Below the pieces are notes generated by a model. The model did no database searches and had not been told where the DNA came from. It saw only the letters and a list, made by a program, of their open reading frames with translations. A DNA stretch of 64,000 bases. Source: Lepidodermella squamata. Lineage: Eukaryota > Animalia > Gastrotricha. The stretch covers positions 744,001 through 808,000 of the forward strand of contig JBLDXI010000036.1 in assembly GCA_047495785.1 (NCBI GenBank). The letters run 5' to 3'. Shown here in pieces: positions 23,098-34,538 of this stretch; within the stretch, counting starts at the first letter, position 1; every line of letters begins with the position of its first letter. Both the position numbers and the translations under genes were made by a program.

Positions 23098-25473
23098 ATG
23101 AATATTATCATCGTCACGTTATCACTATTTTCTTATTTTCTCTCTGCTGCGGCTGTTGAGAACGTTACAGAGCCTGTCACTTTGAAACTATTGATGATGT
23201 ACGCGATGACTGGGGCCTTCATAAAATTTGAGGACGCCCCAGCGACAGCTCAACTTGTCGCAAAGCTGATCAACGATCGATCCGATATTTTGCCTGGCTA
23301 CAAGCTCGACATCGAGATCGGAGACGAATCAGTCAACTCGGGTAGATCGGTCCTAGCTGCGGTTAATTTCTCGCGATCTATGGAGAATAACGACAAAATT
23401 ATTCCATCTCCGATCATCATTGGGGCTAGCGTTACAGCTGCTTGCAATGCCCTCGGATCATCCCTGGCTTATTTCGACTACGTCGCTCTCTCAACAGGCT
23501 GCGTTGCTGATATAACGAGTAACAAAAGTCGATTCCCGAACCTGTTTCTATCAACCGGCGTTTCGTCCACTAAGAACTACGGCATTGTTAGATTCTTCCA
23601 AGAAATCGGGAAGTGGAACAGATTCGCCCTGCTTGTCTTTGCACAAGCATCAAGTGAGGTCTTTGAAGGAACCATCCACTTCAAAACCACAGCGATAAGC
23701 CTAGGCATGGAGGTTTCGTGGTTCAACGTTGTTCTCAGCTTCGATCTTGAGACAGCCTGGTCTTTGAAAAACAGCGGCTCAAGGGTAATCTATATCGTAG
23801 CTAATAGTAAAAGCTTCATGGTCATGTTCTACTGTTATACCTACATGGTTGGCATGACCGGGAAAAGGTTCGTATTTTTCACTGGGGATAACAACTTCCC
23901 AGACCCAGCTTTCATACCTGAATCCACCCTACCTGAGGGTTGTACTAGAGCTGCCCTCTACGAGCAGATCAAATCATCATTCTGGACAGGAATTCTCGAT
24001 GGGTCTCAAGTCCCACAAGCTAAATCATACCTTGGTTTGAATCAGTCCCAATTCGACGAGTTGCTGTTCGATTTCAAGAAATCTCGCTCAAAGGGCCAAG
24101 ATTTCGACTTCAGGTTTCTGGTCCATGACGTGACGTCAATCGCAGCTCTTGCCCTCAACTCAGCCGATCAAATTCTATCAAAGCAAAACATGTCACTGAG
24201 AGATTTTAAATCGAAACCGAACTATGTCTCAACAGCGATAAAACAAGCTTTTCGAACACTCGACTTTTCAGGGTTAAGAAATTCCAGGATAAGGTACGAT
24301 GAGAACGGATCTTTCTATGGCATGTTGATCAACATCGATTATTGGACACCGAAAACTGGATTTCAGAAGGTAATTGCAATGGACCATGATGGGAATGTGT
24401 CAGATTCGAAAAGTTACTCCGTGAAGCAAATCGTCAAGAATTTCCCTTGGCTTACTACCGATGGCAAACCTCCAAGAGATCGGGAGAACCACGTTAAAAT
24501 TCTCCACAAAAATCACTTCGATTCAGAAAGGACGATTTGGATGCTGTGTATCGTAGCCACTCTACTCCAAATTTTCGGATTAGCCTTGACTATGCGAGTT
24601 CATTCAATCAATCAAAGTTTCGAACTGACCCAGCCCAATGTGAAGTGTCTCGGAGTTTTCGGTTGCTTGCTGTTGAATTTCGGATCTTTCTTATGTGTAA
24701 CTGAGACAGGCGAAACTTTCCCACCGTTGATTGTCGCAACTTTCGGATTAGGAATAACTTTCATCACATGGGCAAGTGGAGTAAGGATTGTCATTGTTGA
24801 ACTAGCCATCCACTCGAAGCTTCGAGGCGTAAGCTCTCGCATAACTTTCCACATGTTCAGAACTAGGAAGCAAAAGGCAAAAAAGCTGAATGAAGGCCAA
24901 GTTGCAATTTTGAGCGTACTTACTACAAAGATAAAACAGGAAATCATCGCGGCAGGGCGACTGAGCTTCAAACTCCTGCCAATTTTCGTGATAACTCAAG
25001 TCGCCTTTCTAGCTTCATGGCTTGTGATTGCTCCATTCAATTGCAGGGTGAAGCAATTTTCACGTGAAGAATATAACGAAGAAACTGATAAGAGAATCGA
25101 CCATGACGTTATCGACTGCATTTCTGAAGATCACATTGCGTGGGCGATCTCGATTCTCATCTTCCATGCAATTCTCCTGATTTCCTTAGGATTCCTCGCG
25201 GTTCTACTCCGGTCATCGGGGAGAAATCAACTATGCCCCGAGTTCAATCACAATGCTTTACTGATAATGCTTGGTCTAGCGATTTATTTCATTTCAATAT
25301 TCGCGTTACTTATCATGAATAACCCACTGATGCGGCTTGAAGTTGTAGCAGCTCTCGGTTTGGTTTACTCAGGATTGGCAAGTGCGATATGGATAGAGCC
25401 AACTATTGTACAGATTCAGATGAGCAAAGTCCATGCATTAGAGAAATGGAAACTTGGACATTATCATAAATGA
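23098..25473 (+). CDS. Class C GPCR, GABA-B-receptor-like, paralogue of 10661-12997, intronless
   Basis: ATG at 23098 (MNIIIVTLSLF signal peptide); colinear with the first copy over its full length. Confidence 0.87.
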   Translation: MNIIIVTLSLFSYFLSAAAVENVTEPVTLKLLMMYAMTGAFIKFEDAPATAQLVAKLINDRSDILPGYKLDIEIGDESVNSGRSVLAAVNFSRSMENNDKIIPSPIIIGASVTAACNALGSSLAYFDYVALSTGCVADITSNKSRFPNLFLSTGVSSTKNYGIVRFFQEIGKWNRFALLVFAQASSEVFEGTIHFKTTAISLGMEVSWFNVVLSFDLETAWSLKNSGSRVIYIVANSKSFMVMFYCYTYMVGMTGKRFVFFTGDNNFPDPAFIPESTLPEGCTRAALYEQIKSSFWTGILDGSQVPQAKSYLGLNQSQFDELLFDFKKSRSKGQDFDFRFLVHDVTSIAALALNSADQILSKQNMSLRDFKSKPNYVSTAIKQAFRTLDFSGLRNSRIRYDENGSFYGMLINIDYWTPKTGFQKVIAMDHDGNVSDSKSYSVKQIVKNFPWLTTDGKPPRDRENHVKILHKNHFDSERTIWMLCIVATLLQIFGLALTMRVHSINQSFELTQPNVKCLGVFGCLLLNFGSFLCVTETGETFPPLIVATFGLGITFITWASGVRIVIVELAIHSKLRGVSSRITFHMFRTRKQKAKKLNEGQVAILSVLTTKIKQEIIAAGRLSFKLLPIFVITQVAFLASWLVIAPFNCRVKQFSREEYNEETDKRIDHDVIDCISEDHIAWAISILIFHAILLISLGFLAVLLRSSGRNQLCPEFNHNALLIMLGLAIYFISIFALLIMNNPLMRLEVVAALGLVYSGLASAIWIEPTIVQIQMSKVHALEKWKLGHYHK

Positions 25474-25948
25474 TAAATATATTCGACATTTTGCATGTTT
25501 TCATTGAATAAATAAACCATGGTAGTTTCAAAAATCGAATCTGCTTGAAACAATTGAACTTTAAATCGGTCAAACTTCGATGAATCGTCTTGCTTTTATG
25601 TTACCCGCCTGCTCTAAATTTTGCAAATTTGTCTTTTGAAAGACAGTTTCTCAGCCAAATATTTCTTATCGCGTTAATTGGAGAGGGAATCAAGCGTAGG
25701 AGCTATCATGTTTCCAATTATTTCGGCGTCCTTAGGTTGCTGCTTGAAACGGACTGGTTTGATTCAGTAGGCTTTCAGTGAGGAAGGCAAAAAACGAAAA
25801 AAAAAACATTTCAAGGCTATCTGGGAAACCAGCATACGATTGAAAAAAACTTGTTGAAAATTTCCACAAAGGATTCTGCTTGAATGACCATTAATTTGAT
25901 GAAATTAGCTCGAGGCGTAATCGGTCAACATAATGCTTAGATTATGGC

Positions 25949-25982
25949 CATAGAGAACGTAGTGATCACTACGTTCTCTATG
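25949..25982. mobile_element. 34-bp perfectly palindromic hAT-like mini-element (TIRs only)
   Basis: CATAGAGAACGTAGTGA|TCACTACGTTCTCTATG flanked by perfect 8-bp TSD ATTATGGC (25941-25948 and 25983-25990). Confidence 0.85.
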
Positions 25983-26236
25983 ATTATGGCATATGTTCTT
26001 CCACGAAGCGTTTTAGGCTTAGAATTTATTAAACGAAAAGCTTTTTTTCTGAATGTGAATATTCAGTGAGTACTAACATGCCAAGTTTTTTTATATATAA
26101 GTGCTCATAGCGTAAATGGGCTGTCAGTATACATGATATGTATGAGAAAATCGCCAGCTGAAAAAACTTGTTTCGTGCACACGCTAATACATGAATGAAG
26201 CTTCATAGGTAAAAAACGCCGGCAGCTCGATGTAAA

Positions 26237-26309
26237 GCCCGGTTAGCTCAGTCGGTAGAGCATGGGACTCTTAATCCCAGGGTCGTGGGTTCGAGCCCCA
26301 CATCGGGCG
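26237..26309 (+). tRNA. tRNA-Lys (CTT)
   Basis: Canonical cloverleaf: acceptor GCCCGGT/ATCGGGC, anticodon arm TGGGA-CTCTTAA-TCCCA, GTTCGA T-loop; T6 Pol III terminator at about 26318. Confidence 0.97.
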
Positions 26310-26454
26310 AATCTCTGTTTTTTCAATATTTTATGAATTTTCCTGAAAAGCATCCCGAGATCCAGCATGATACATCTTTAAATTCTGCGAATTTATAATT
26401 TAAAAGCTATTTTTCAAGTCGAGAAACTGAAGAAAGAAAGCGAGCAGGATAAAA

Positions 26455-26611
26455 CAGGGCGCGAAGTACGGGCGGTACGAAGTACGTACCCCAAGTTCGG
26501 CGGGCCAAAGTGGAAAAAACCCCAAAAACCCACATGGGGAACCTTGGTTCATAAAATTAGGGCTTGGTTCATAAAAATACCCCTAGTTCGAGGATCCTAC
26601 TTCGCGCACTG
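26455..26611 (+). mobile_element. About 155-bp hAT-like MITE (family also at 52911, 62957, degenerate at about 38340-38467 and 16990-17040)
   Basis: TIR CAG(G/T)GCGCGAAGTA; shared terminal motif GGATCCTACTTCGCGCAC(T/C)G. Confidence 0.75.
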
Positions 26612-26671
26612 GGAAAAACTGTTTTTTCATGACTTCCTTAAAATTCAAAATAAAAAAATAATTTCTAAAAT

Positions 26672-27420
26672 TTGCAGTTATCGATAGCCCAAGAAAATAG
26701 ACTAAACACTATAGAATATCGATGGCTTCGATCTATAGTAGGTGTCCACCTAATGGACTATATTCCAAATATAGACATTCGACTTGCGTTATGCGGAGGT
26801 CTCATTGAAGTGAGCCGCATTGTTGAGAAACAAAGGCTAAGGTATCTAGGGCACATAATTAGGTCACGTGACTATGACGTAGAAGGACTAATACACAAAA
26901 TATCATGAGACGTACTAGGACGCCGAGGCTCGAATAAAACTACTGATTTTTGTGTTATTTTTTAATGAGGTCCAAAGGTCACAGTGGCAAAAAATAACCT
27001 CATTAGCAGCGATCAGCAAAAAATCTCATTCACGAAAAGCACGTGTTTACGCAAAGATCAATTTTTTGCAGCGACGACAAGACCTCGATCTTCATCTCTA
27101 AACCTAAAACGCCGGGTTTCGCGCGCCGTTTCTTGTAATTTTTTTCACTTTAAAAAATATTAAATAACCGATAATAATTTAAATAAATAATTTTCAATTT
27201 GCCACTTAATTATTCTGTTTAGTCCGCAGTCACGTGAATCATTTGCGTTATTCCGGCACGTGACGCAGAGAATTTTCTATGGGGAGATAGGAGCCCCGGC
27301 GTCCTAGTACGTCTCATGCAAAATATATATTTGGACGCCTCCGCTTGGGTGGTTTGCACCCAGAGGTAGACCTCGAACCAGATGGATCAACGGAGTGCAT
27401 AGAAGCCTAATTAAAGTAGG
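26672..27420 (+). mobile_element. 3' remnant of an RTE-like non-LTR retrotransposon, interrupted by a MITE
   Basis: E.RWLRSIVG...RLRYLGHIIR before the insertion and RGRPRTRWINGV after it, typical of the C-terminus of RTE-type ORFs. Confidence 0.7.
26904..27318. mobile_element. 415-bp hAT-like MITE
   Basis: 28-bp TIR CATGAGACGTACTAGGACGCCG(A/G)GGCTC; perfect 8-bp TSD CAAAATAT. Confidence 0.9.
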
Positions 27421-28224
27421 TCTTACTAAGGAAATTCGCCGGAAAAAGAAAACCAATAAGAAAAGAACAATAAGGTCAAGGATAAGAAAAATAAAGCCAC
27501 TAAGAAACGAGAAAATAGAAAAAATCCCGGCGAAAAGGATTTTGAGATCAAAATTATTCCCGATGTCCAACTAGCGGAATCGGTTTCTTTTGAAAAAGAT
27601 GAATGGCGCATGGTTGTTAACTCGATTGAAAATTACGAATTCTATACAAAAAGCAGAATCCTCGACTGTGGGGGTGGGTGAGGATCATTCTTTGCCTGCC
27701 TTCGCCCTCTTCAAAACCGGAAACGGTACACGACGCTCAGTCCCGAAGAGGATAAATAAAAACATTATTATTATTTATTATATTCAGTTCCACCATTTCA
27801 AATCTTGCCAATATCACAGCCTTGAAAGTTACAATAATAGAATTTCTGGAGTTTCTTTCCATCTGGTCTTTTGTAGGATATATGATCCTCTATAACACGC
27901 TTTTATATAGGCTGACTCAACTTTCAGAAAGTTCATATAAAGGATCAGCGGCGTGGTCTATTGACGAGGTGGCGCATGGATCGGGCACTTCATGTAGCAT
28001 TGGGGTGGTAACATGAATACACATTTTAGCAGAAAATTCTATTCATCTGCTGTGGCAAGCCAGTGGGATTGAGAAAATTATTCATTTTTTTTTTACAAAA
28101 ATCTGACTCAATTTGAATTTTTTCAATACACCGAACGAATCGATTCTGCTGAAAATGAATCAATATGCGGACGTATAAGCTGCTGATCACGCATAGTAAT
28201 TCCATCATCTAAATTTTTGCTGAA

Positions 28225-29269
28225 ATGTTTACACTTCTTCTTCTCAACAGATTTAACCAGCAGGCCGTGCGGCAATGTCGAAACATCAGCCGGTTGCGCA
28301 CTGTCGGTTTTGTGGATGAAATTGTCGTCGAAAATTCACAGGCCCTACGGTCAATGGTCATGAAAATCGCTGATCCAAAATCGATTGAGCGCTTCGCATC
28401 AAATCCTGCGACGTACCACCGCGAAATCGAACGATTGAAGGACGACTGCGCCGCAGCAATCAGCCAGCACGCTGACGTGAAGCGGCTCAAACTTGCTAAA
28501 GCCGGCTATCTCGAGCCTAAGGCGCAAGTATTCCACATCAAAAACATGCCATTTCGCGGATCAAACGAGGCAGCTTACGCGAAACTGATTCAATTCGGCA
28601 TAGCTGGACTGATGAAAATGAACCCATTTGTAGATAGGGCGGAGCATTCCGGAGACCTTGCGCCGTCTGTATTCCACGGGATCAAACCAGTTCCGGGTAA
28701 GGAGCAAACTGTGACGGCTCTAAGCTCAGACAGACCGCTGGAACTGCACATCGACAACGGTTTCAGTGAAGATCGACCTGACTATCTGTCGTTATATTGC
28801 TTACAGGGGGATCAAAACGCAAGGACTCTATTCTACTCGGTTGAAAAATTGCTGGAATTGGCCCCGGTTGAGCTACGCAAACGTATGGAGGAGATTGGCT
28901 ACGAACCTGAGTTCAAGCATGAACCCCCTGAAAGCCACAAGGGCAAGGGAAAAGCTGTTATCGCGCCGCTTTTCTACCGACTCCACGATGATTCCCTGGC
29001 TATTCGGCCGACTTTCACAGCTGGCCACGGAATAACAGAACGATCTCGGCAATTATTGTGTAACATGAAAACTTGGTTCAATTCAGAGGAAGGCAGACCG
29101 AGTGGGATTAGTTTAGCGGGAGGTGAAATGGTGATTTTCTCCAACGCAACAGTTATGCATGGCCGATCAGCTTTCAAGGCGAAATATAACTGCGCACTGC
29201 GCCCAAACTCGGCATCTTGTTAGGATGTTTCTGAGCAGAACTGCGAAACAGGCCGAAATCCGCGATTGA
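28225..29269 (+). CDS. Fe(II)/2-oxoglutarate dioxygenase, clavaminate synthase/TauD-like, intronless; apparent +1 frameshift near 29205
   Basis: LELHIDNGF (HxD), RPDYLSLYCL, GEMVIFSN..VMHGRSAF. The terminal RHLVRMF motif lies in the +1 frame and ends at TGA 29267-29269 (the called ORF stops at 29223). Confidence 0.85.
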
Positions 29270-29757
29270 TTGCGTTTTTCTAAATTTTATGACATTTTCT
29301 TCCTGTTTTTCAAGAAAATCTATTGAATCTCAGATTTTTCTTACTCATTCTTTTCAATAAACCGATGAATAGAAAATAATATTTTCGATTTGTTTTTTGC
29401 ATTAAAAAGTTCTCTGAAAGACTTGAATTCAGTGATTTATTTGCCTGAACCTCAGCAATTTCCAGTATGATCCCGTTCAGTCAGCCCAAAGTAGCAAAAA
29501 TTTCGATTCAACGGCAAATACCCGCGATTAATTACATTATTCTAATTTTATCACATTTTTTCAAGAAAATCTATTGCATCTCAGATTTTTTAATCCATTC
29601 TTTTCAATGAACCGATGAATAGAAAATATCAACGGAGCTACGTTTTTGTATGGAAACTCTGAAATACATGTATTCAGTGATTTATTAGTCAAATCCTCAG
29701 CAATTTCCAGTATGATCACGATCAGTCAGCCCAAAGTAGTAAAAATTGCGATCCCGA
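29260..29757. repeat. About 250-bp tandem duplication spanning the 3' ends of two convergent genes
   Basis: About 29260-29510 and 29521-29757 share CCGCGATT, TTTTCAAGAAAATCTATTG, ACCGATGAATAGAAAAT and CTCAGCAATTTCCAGTATGATC...CAGTCAGCCCAAAGTAG. Confidence 0.8.
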
Positions 29758-30560
29758 TATAGGGATTCAAGCGAAGACCGACCAATGATCGTGATAATCG
29801 TAATCGCTTCACACATGTAGCATACAAGACAACGCAGCCAGTCCCAACTGCCGAAATCAACGTATGACTTTACCAATTTCAGCAGGGTGAACACGATGAA
29901 AGTCACACAAGGAATCGCATCTAGGACGAAAAATGTTGTCCAATACTTATCTGAGACATTCAAGCAGGAAAAAGTCCAGTACAGGTTGGACATAAGGCTC
30001 TCCATTACTACAACAACTGTTGCTGATGTGTGGATCATCGATGAGGTTTTGCTTGACAAGACTCCGCCGTAAATCGGGTAGGAATTGGAGAAGCTTAGAA
30101 TTTTCGCATTTCTAGCTTTAATTCCCTTCCAGAATTTATCCTCTGCCTGGGTAGCAGGTTTGTCCCAGTTGATAAATTCGACCTGGGTCGGGAAAATTCC
30201 GATCAGAGCGAAGCATAGGAAACCAGCTACGTCAAAGCCGAGACGGATTTTGTCTGATAACGACCAGTCGTGCGAAATTTTCTCCATGAAAAGCAGGGTG
30301 AGAGATCCGGTGGTAAGAACTACGCCGTCGATGAATAGGAACCAGTACTCCATACTGCCAACACGGCCGCAGTGTTGGCTGATAGAATCCCATCGCCATT
30401 TTTCTGTCTTCGATCGACGCAGTTGCCGGCAGACTTTCATAAGCATGAGGACGTAGATTGTTAGCAACCCGGCAAAGCCGAATAAGTTGACTGCAAATGG
30501 CACGAATGGCCAGTTTGTGAGGCGACGGTCAGTGGTTTCATCGTAAATATAGTAATCCAT
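29697..30560 (-). CDS. Multi-pass membrane protein (possibly Frag1/DRAM/TMEM150-like); may have an upstream exon
   Basis: 287-aa ORF with about six hydrophobic segments, LIGIFPT and IHTSA motifs; AG acceptor just upstream of the ATG. Confidence 0.6.
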   Translation of the reverse strand: MDYYIYDETTDRRLTNWPFVPFAVNLFGFAGLLTIYVLMLMKVCRQLRRSKTEKWRWDSISQHCGRVGSMEYWFLFIDGVVLTTGSLTLLFMEKISHDWSLSDKIRLGFDVAGFLCFALIGIFPTQVEFINWDKPATQAEDKFWKGIKARNAKILSFSNSYPIYGGVLSSKTSSMIHTSATVVVVMESLMSNLYWTFSCLNVSDKYWTTFFVLDAIPCVTFIVFTLLKLVKSYVDFGSWDWLRCLVCYMCEAITIITIIGRSSLESLYRDRNFYYFGLTDRDHTGNC

Positions 30561-30719
30561 TCTATAAGATCAGGGTATTAGTAAATAAATGTTTCGACTT
30601 TTAAATCCTCAAATACTTTATCAAGTTGCATCCTTGATTCCAAAATGATCTCAAACGCTATTCCTCTATTAGACGGTCAATTTGTAGGCTTTTTGAGAAA
30701 TCCCGAAAGAGCCAAAGGC

Positions 30720-30905
30720 CTAAACGTAACAGTTTACCGTACTCTAACTCTAATCCATATCCTAGCCCTAGCCCTAACCCCAACCCTAATCTTTATCCTT
30801 TTACCCTAGTCTTAACCCTAACCGTAAACCTAATCCTAATCTTCGAACTTCAACCCTAGCCCTACTCCTAATCCTATTCTTCAATCCCTAACCCTAACCC
30901 TAGAT
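30720..30905 (+). repeat. Degenerate telomere-like (TAACCC)n tract
   Basis: Multiple TAACCC/TAGCCC/TAATCC hexamers. Confidence 0.8.
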
Positions 30906-31398
30906 CGCACATCCCATTCTCATAGACTATAGTACTAGGAACTCTCTATTTAGAAACTCTATACTAACTAAATGAACGCCTGGTCGAATGGACCTGGTGG
31001 AATTCATCATGAACATGGAACATGGAATTTTCCTGGAGAAGACAGCACCAGGATACGGGTCTTCCTAGATACCTCAGCTTTCAATACTAATGAAATGAAT
31101 TAAGGTACTGTACATAGTAAGGAAAATTCTGAAATTCGTAGCCGGTTTGATTTCCTAGCTGAAAACACAATATCGTCACGCGTTATGTGTGTGTAAGAGA
31201 TTAGAGTCTATAAGCGTCGTTATTATCAATCTACGTTTCAGTGCAAGATAAAGCATTCAGTAATTTGCATTCCACCGGTGCTTTGCTGAAAAATGTTTAC
31301 CACACCTTTATCTGGCTAATTATACCGCCACGCTTATGAACCGAGTCTAGTGCCTATAGCAAATTAGTCTCATTTTTGCCCATTTTACACCCTAGAAA

Positions 31399-32250
31399 AT
31401 GACTTCAGAGGTGAAGCGAAAAATTTTCGCCGATCAAAAGGCGATAGTAGATTCTATGAAGAATATCGTAGCGAATGAGAGTATAAATTGGGAGGCTCTC
31501 CGTGTCGCACGAGTCTCAATGCAGTTCTTCTACCCAACTCTAACCGGCTTCCTCCTATTCGCCGGCCTCATTTGCGAGCAGCTGATTTCAACCGGCAGGA
31601 TAGACCCGTTTGTTTTTCTGAAGAACGACGTAGCAGCCGCATTTCTAGTCATTGGATCCCTTTGCATCGCAGCAGCCTTTTTCGGGACTACGATTTACGA
31701 AGAGTCTAAAATCAACCGAGTCGAGGCGCTTTTCAATGAGAAATACATACCAGTCTATGTTCGCGTCAATGCTTACCTCGCCTTCAATCAACTCCCCCAC
31801 CCTCCCAGGGTGTTCGAGACGGTTTTCCGCCACCAGTCTTGGACGAGTGTTGGAGTTGCTTGGACAGTCCTGATTTCATCCTCAGTCGGGACTATCGCGA
31901 TTGCGGCTCATAGCAAGTGGTACCGCGAGGTTTTGGCTAGTGTGACGATAGGGCTGCTGCTACTAGCTGGGGGAGGGATCATTGCGAGGATGTGTTATGA
32001 AGTATGGCTTGCGAGGAAGTCGAAGGTTGTCATGAATGATACGCAGTTCAGGCAATCGGCTAGGCGTGACGCTTCGATTGCTGAGCACACTGTTGGATCT
32101 ATCAACCATATCTTGGGTAAGCAAGCTTTTCTGACTTTTGAAGAAAGCTCTCGATTCAATAAACCATCTAGCCCAGGGCATATTAAGGGCATTATAGAAA
32201 CGGGCGAATTAGGACAGCCGAACTGGTCGGGATTAGGAAAATCGACATAG
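31399..32250 (+). CDS. Membrane protein of unknown function (about four TM helices)
   Basis: 283-aa ORF with two pairs of hydrophobic helices; may splice on to 32564-33195. Confidence 0.65.
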   Translation: MTSEVKRKIFADQKAIVDSMKNIVANESINWEALRVARVSMQFFYPTLTGFLLFAGLICEQLISTGRIDPFVFLKNDVAAAFLVIGSLCIAAAFFGTTIYEESKINRVEALFNEKYIPVYVRVNAYLAFNQLPHPPRVFETVFRHQSWTSVGVAWTVLISSSVGTIAIAAHSKWYREVLASVTIGLLLLAGGGIIARMCYEVWLARKSKVVMNDTQFRQSARRDASIAEHTVGSINHILGKQAFLTFEESSRFNKPSSPGHIKGIIETGELGQPNWSGLGKST

Positions 32251-32314
32251 GGCCCCAATTCCGTCTTTAACTGAGTTCACCTTGATTGAACCGGTAGGGA
32301 TGATACACCCATCT

Positions 32315-32425
32315 CTAATCCTTACCCTAACCCTAACCCTAACCCTAACTCTAACACAATACCTTAACCCGAACAATGTTTATAAGTACATCCGTTCCGA
32401 ATCCTTGGCCAAATCCTAACCCTAT
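32315..32425 (+). repeat. Telomere-like (TAACCC)n tract
   Basis: CCCTAACCCTAACCCTAACCCTAACTCTAA. Confidence 0.8.
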
Positions 32426-32563
32426 CAGCCTTAGAAATTCAAACTTAAAGCCAATCCCGTAAACTGAATGCCTATATCCCGATTCCTCTGGTTTTCAAAC
32501 AAGATGGCTTCACACTTTACATTGTCTATGTGAGTTTCCAATTGTTCTTCTCCTAATTTTCAG

Positions 32564-33195
32564 ACGTCAAAAGTCGGCTGTTCGGCAAAGTTCACATCGG
32601 CTTTCTCGACGAAGGAGATTGCAAAGGCCAAAGCTTGGAATTGATCAAAATCCTTATGGAAGACGATTCCATTGCGATTAATCCATCTTCCGACAAGCCA
32701 ACCTATTACATCAACACTTCTTACGTCTACTGGCACTTCCCAGACTCGACGATCCCTACGCCAGATTTCGACGAAAAAACGAACTTGGACAAGTTAAATT
32801 GCGGGTTGTGCCTTAACGAGATGGACTTCACTGTTATATCGTGTAACAACTCGATTTCAAAGGAAACCAATGATTTGGCTCTCGCACTGAGGAATATCAT
32901 ACCAAAAGGTCGGAGTGGCGATAATTTTGTGTTTGTCACTCGATTCGAGAACGCCAAGTCAAATTTGATGGCGGAGCACTTCAAGAAATCAAGGCGTTGG
33001 AAAAGGAACCCGCCTACAATTCTACGCGTGAATTACGAGACTCTACGACAGCTTGATGGTAACGGTCAATGGAAGTATGAGCCGGATAATGAACGGCTAG
33101 AGAGGCCACCGCTTGCAGATGAAACTGCTTTTCTCAGGCTTCTCAATTCGCTGGAAAATTACGAAGAGATTGACGAAAAGCTTCGCCTAGTTTGA
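32564..33195 (+). CDS. Terminal exon of an uncharacterised protein
   Basis: Open frame of about 210 codons after a TTTTCAG acceptor; AATAAA downstream at about 33220. Confidence 0.5.
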
Positions 33196-33434
33196 CTTGT
33201 TGCGTTTGACTTTTTTGTAAATAAATGACAGAAGGTTGCTTCGTATGAATGACTTTGAGTTCAGCACCCTCATATTTTCCAGAACCCAGATTCCGAAAAA
33301 ATCTCATGGATCGGATATACCCATACTAGCTAGCGGATCCTACATTTTACATTGTGATTTTGTGATTAGTTAAACTCCAAGGCTGCTTTGGTTCTTTCTG
33401 AAAAACAATATGCATTTATTGCTTTAAGCAATCC

Positions 33435-33589
33435 CAGTGATCCGACTAGGTTCAGCTCTGAGGGGGGTAAATCGAGCATTTTGAGCCCAAAATGTACAAA
33501 TTAACAGGGGGGACCCTTACGTTTTTCTGAAATTTTCGAACGCCAGGGGGGGTCATTTACCCCCCTTACCCCCCGTACTCGCAGCACTG
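33435..33589. mobile_element. 155-bp hAT-like MITE
   Basis: CAGTG...CACTG ends with imperfect TIRs; perfect 8-bp TSD AGCAATCC. Confidence 0.8.
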
Positions 33590-33754
33590 AGCAATCCTTG
33601 CAAAAATCGCACTGGGGATATTCGTCTTCCGTAATCATTACGTACCTTGGCTAGGACCCAAGCTCACTGAAAGGAGACATAAGAGCGTCTTCAAATCGAA
33701 AACGCTATTAATTTTCGATTTTGGAGATTTCGAACCTGTTTTGAGCCTTTCACA

Positions 33755-34060
33755 CACCTAACCCAAATGCTAACGCTAACATTAACCCTGATTTCGATCA
33801 TAATCCTTGACATCATCCTAATTATTACCCTAACCCTAGTTTCAACCTAAACCTAAACCATAATTACAACCCTTAACCCTTACCCTAACCCCTAACCCTA
33901 GTTTTTATTCTAATCCTGATCCTAATCTGTATTTTCATCATAACCCTAGCGTAATTCTAATCCTGTGCGTAACTCAAACTCTAACCCTAATCCCAGCTGG
34001 AACCTAAACATAAACCTAAAACGTAATTATAATCCTGAACTTAACCATAACCCTGAACTG
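33755..34060 (+). repeat. Degenerate telomere-like (TAACCC)n tract
   Basis: Six-base periodicity of TAACCC/TAATCC/TAAACC variants. Confidence 0.8.
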
Positions 34061-34538
34061 AACTCTTTCGAACTCTTTTCGAACTCTTTTCTAGCTTTAA
34101 CATTTCCCGAACTCTGGGCTCAAAAACTTGAACTGGAAACTCAGCTTAAAATCAATCCCTTGCCCCCGGCTCAAGGGTTGACAATATATGAGAGAACCAA
34201 CTACCAACTAGTTTACAACAATCAATTCTTTCTTTTTCTTCCAGCCTGGCTCTGATAGTGACTCCGGCTGTTCTGAGATGGCTTCTCCTCGCTACCCAGG
34301 TGCTTCCACGTATCCGCGAATTCTGCCATGAATCTGGGGTGATAATCAGTGAGGATCATGTACTGATAATTCAGCTCTCACTATCAGGTCAGCACAAATC
34401 CGGGCGATTTCTGCGGCACAATCTAATTTGACAATGTAACCTTATTGCCTTTAGCCTTAAATAGATGAAGACCGTTTTACCAGGTTAGAACTATTTATTT
34501 TTAAGTTATGAGGATATCAGATCAATTCAGACTAAGTA

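Noticed and set aside
29200-29225. Euplotes-type programmed +1 frameshifting as the explanation for the frameshifts
   Set aside because: There is no AAA-stop motif, and the shifts must occur upstream of the stops to restore conserved residues.
33965-34255. Asn/Pro-rich 96-aa ORF
   Set aside because: It is a translation of the TAACCC-like repeat.
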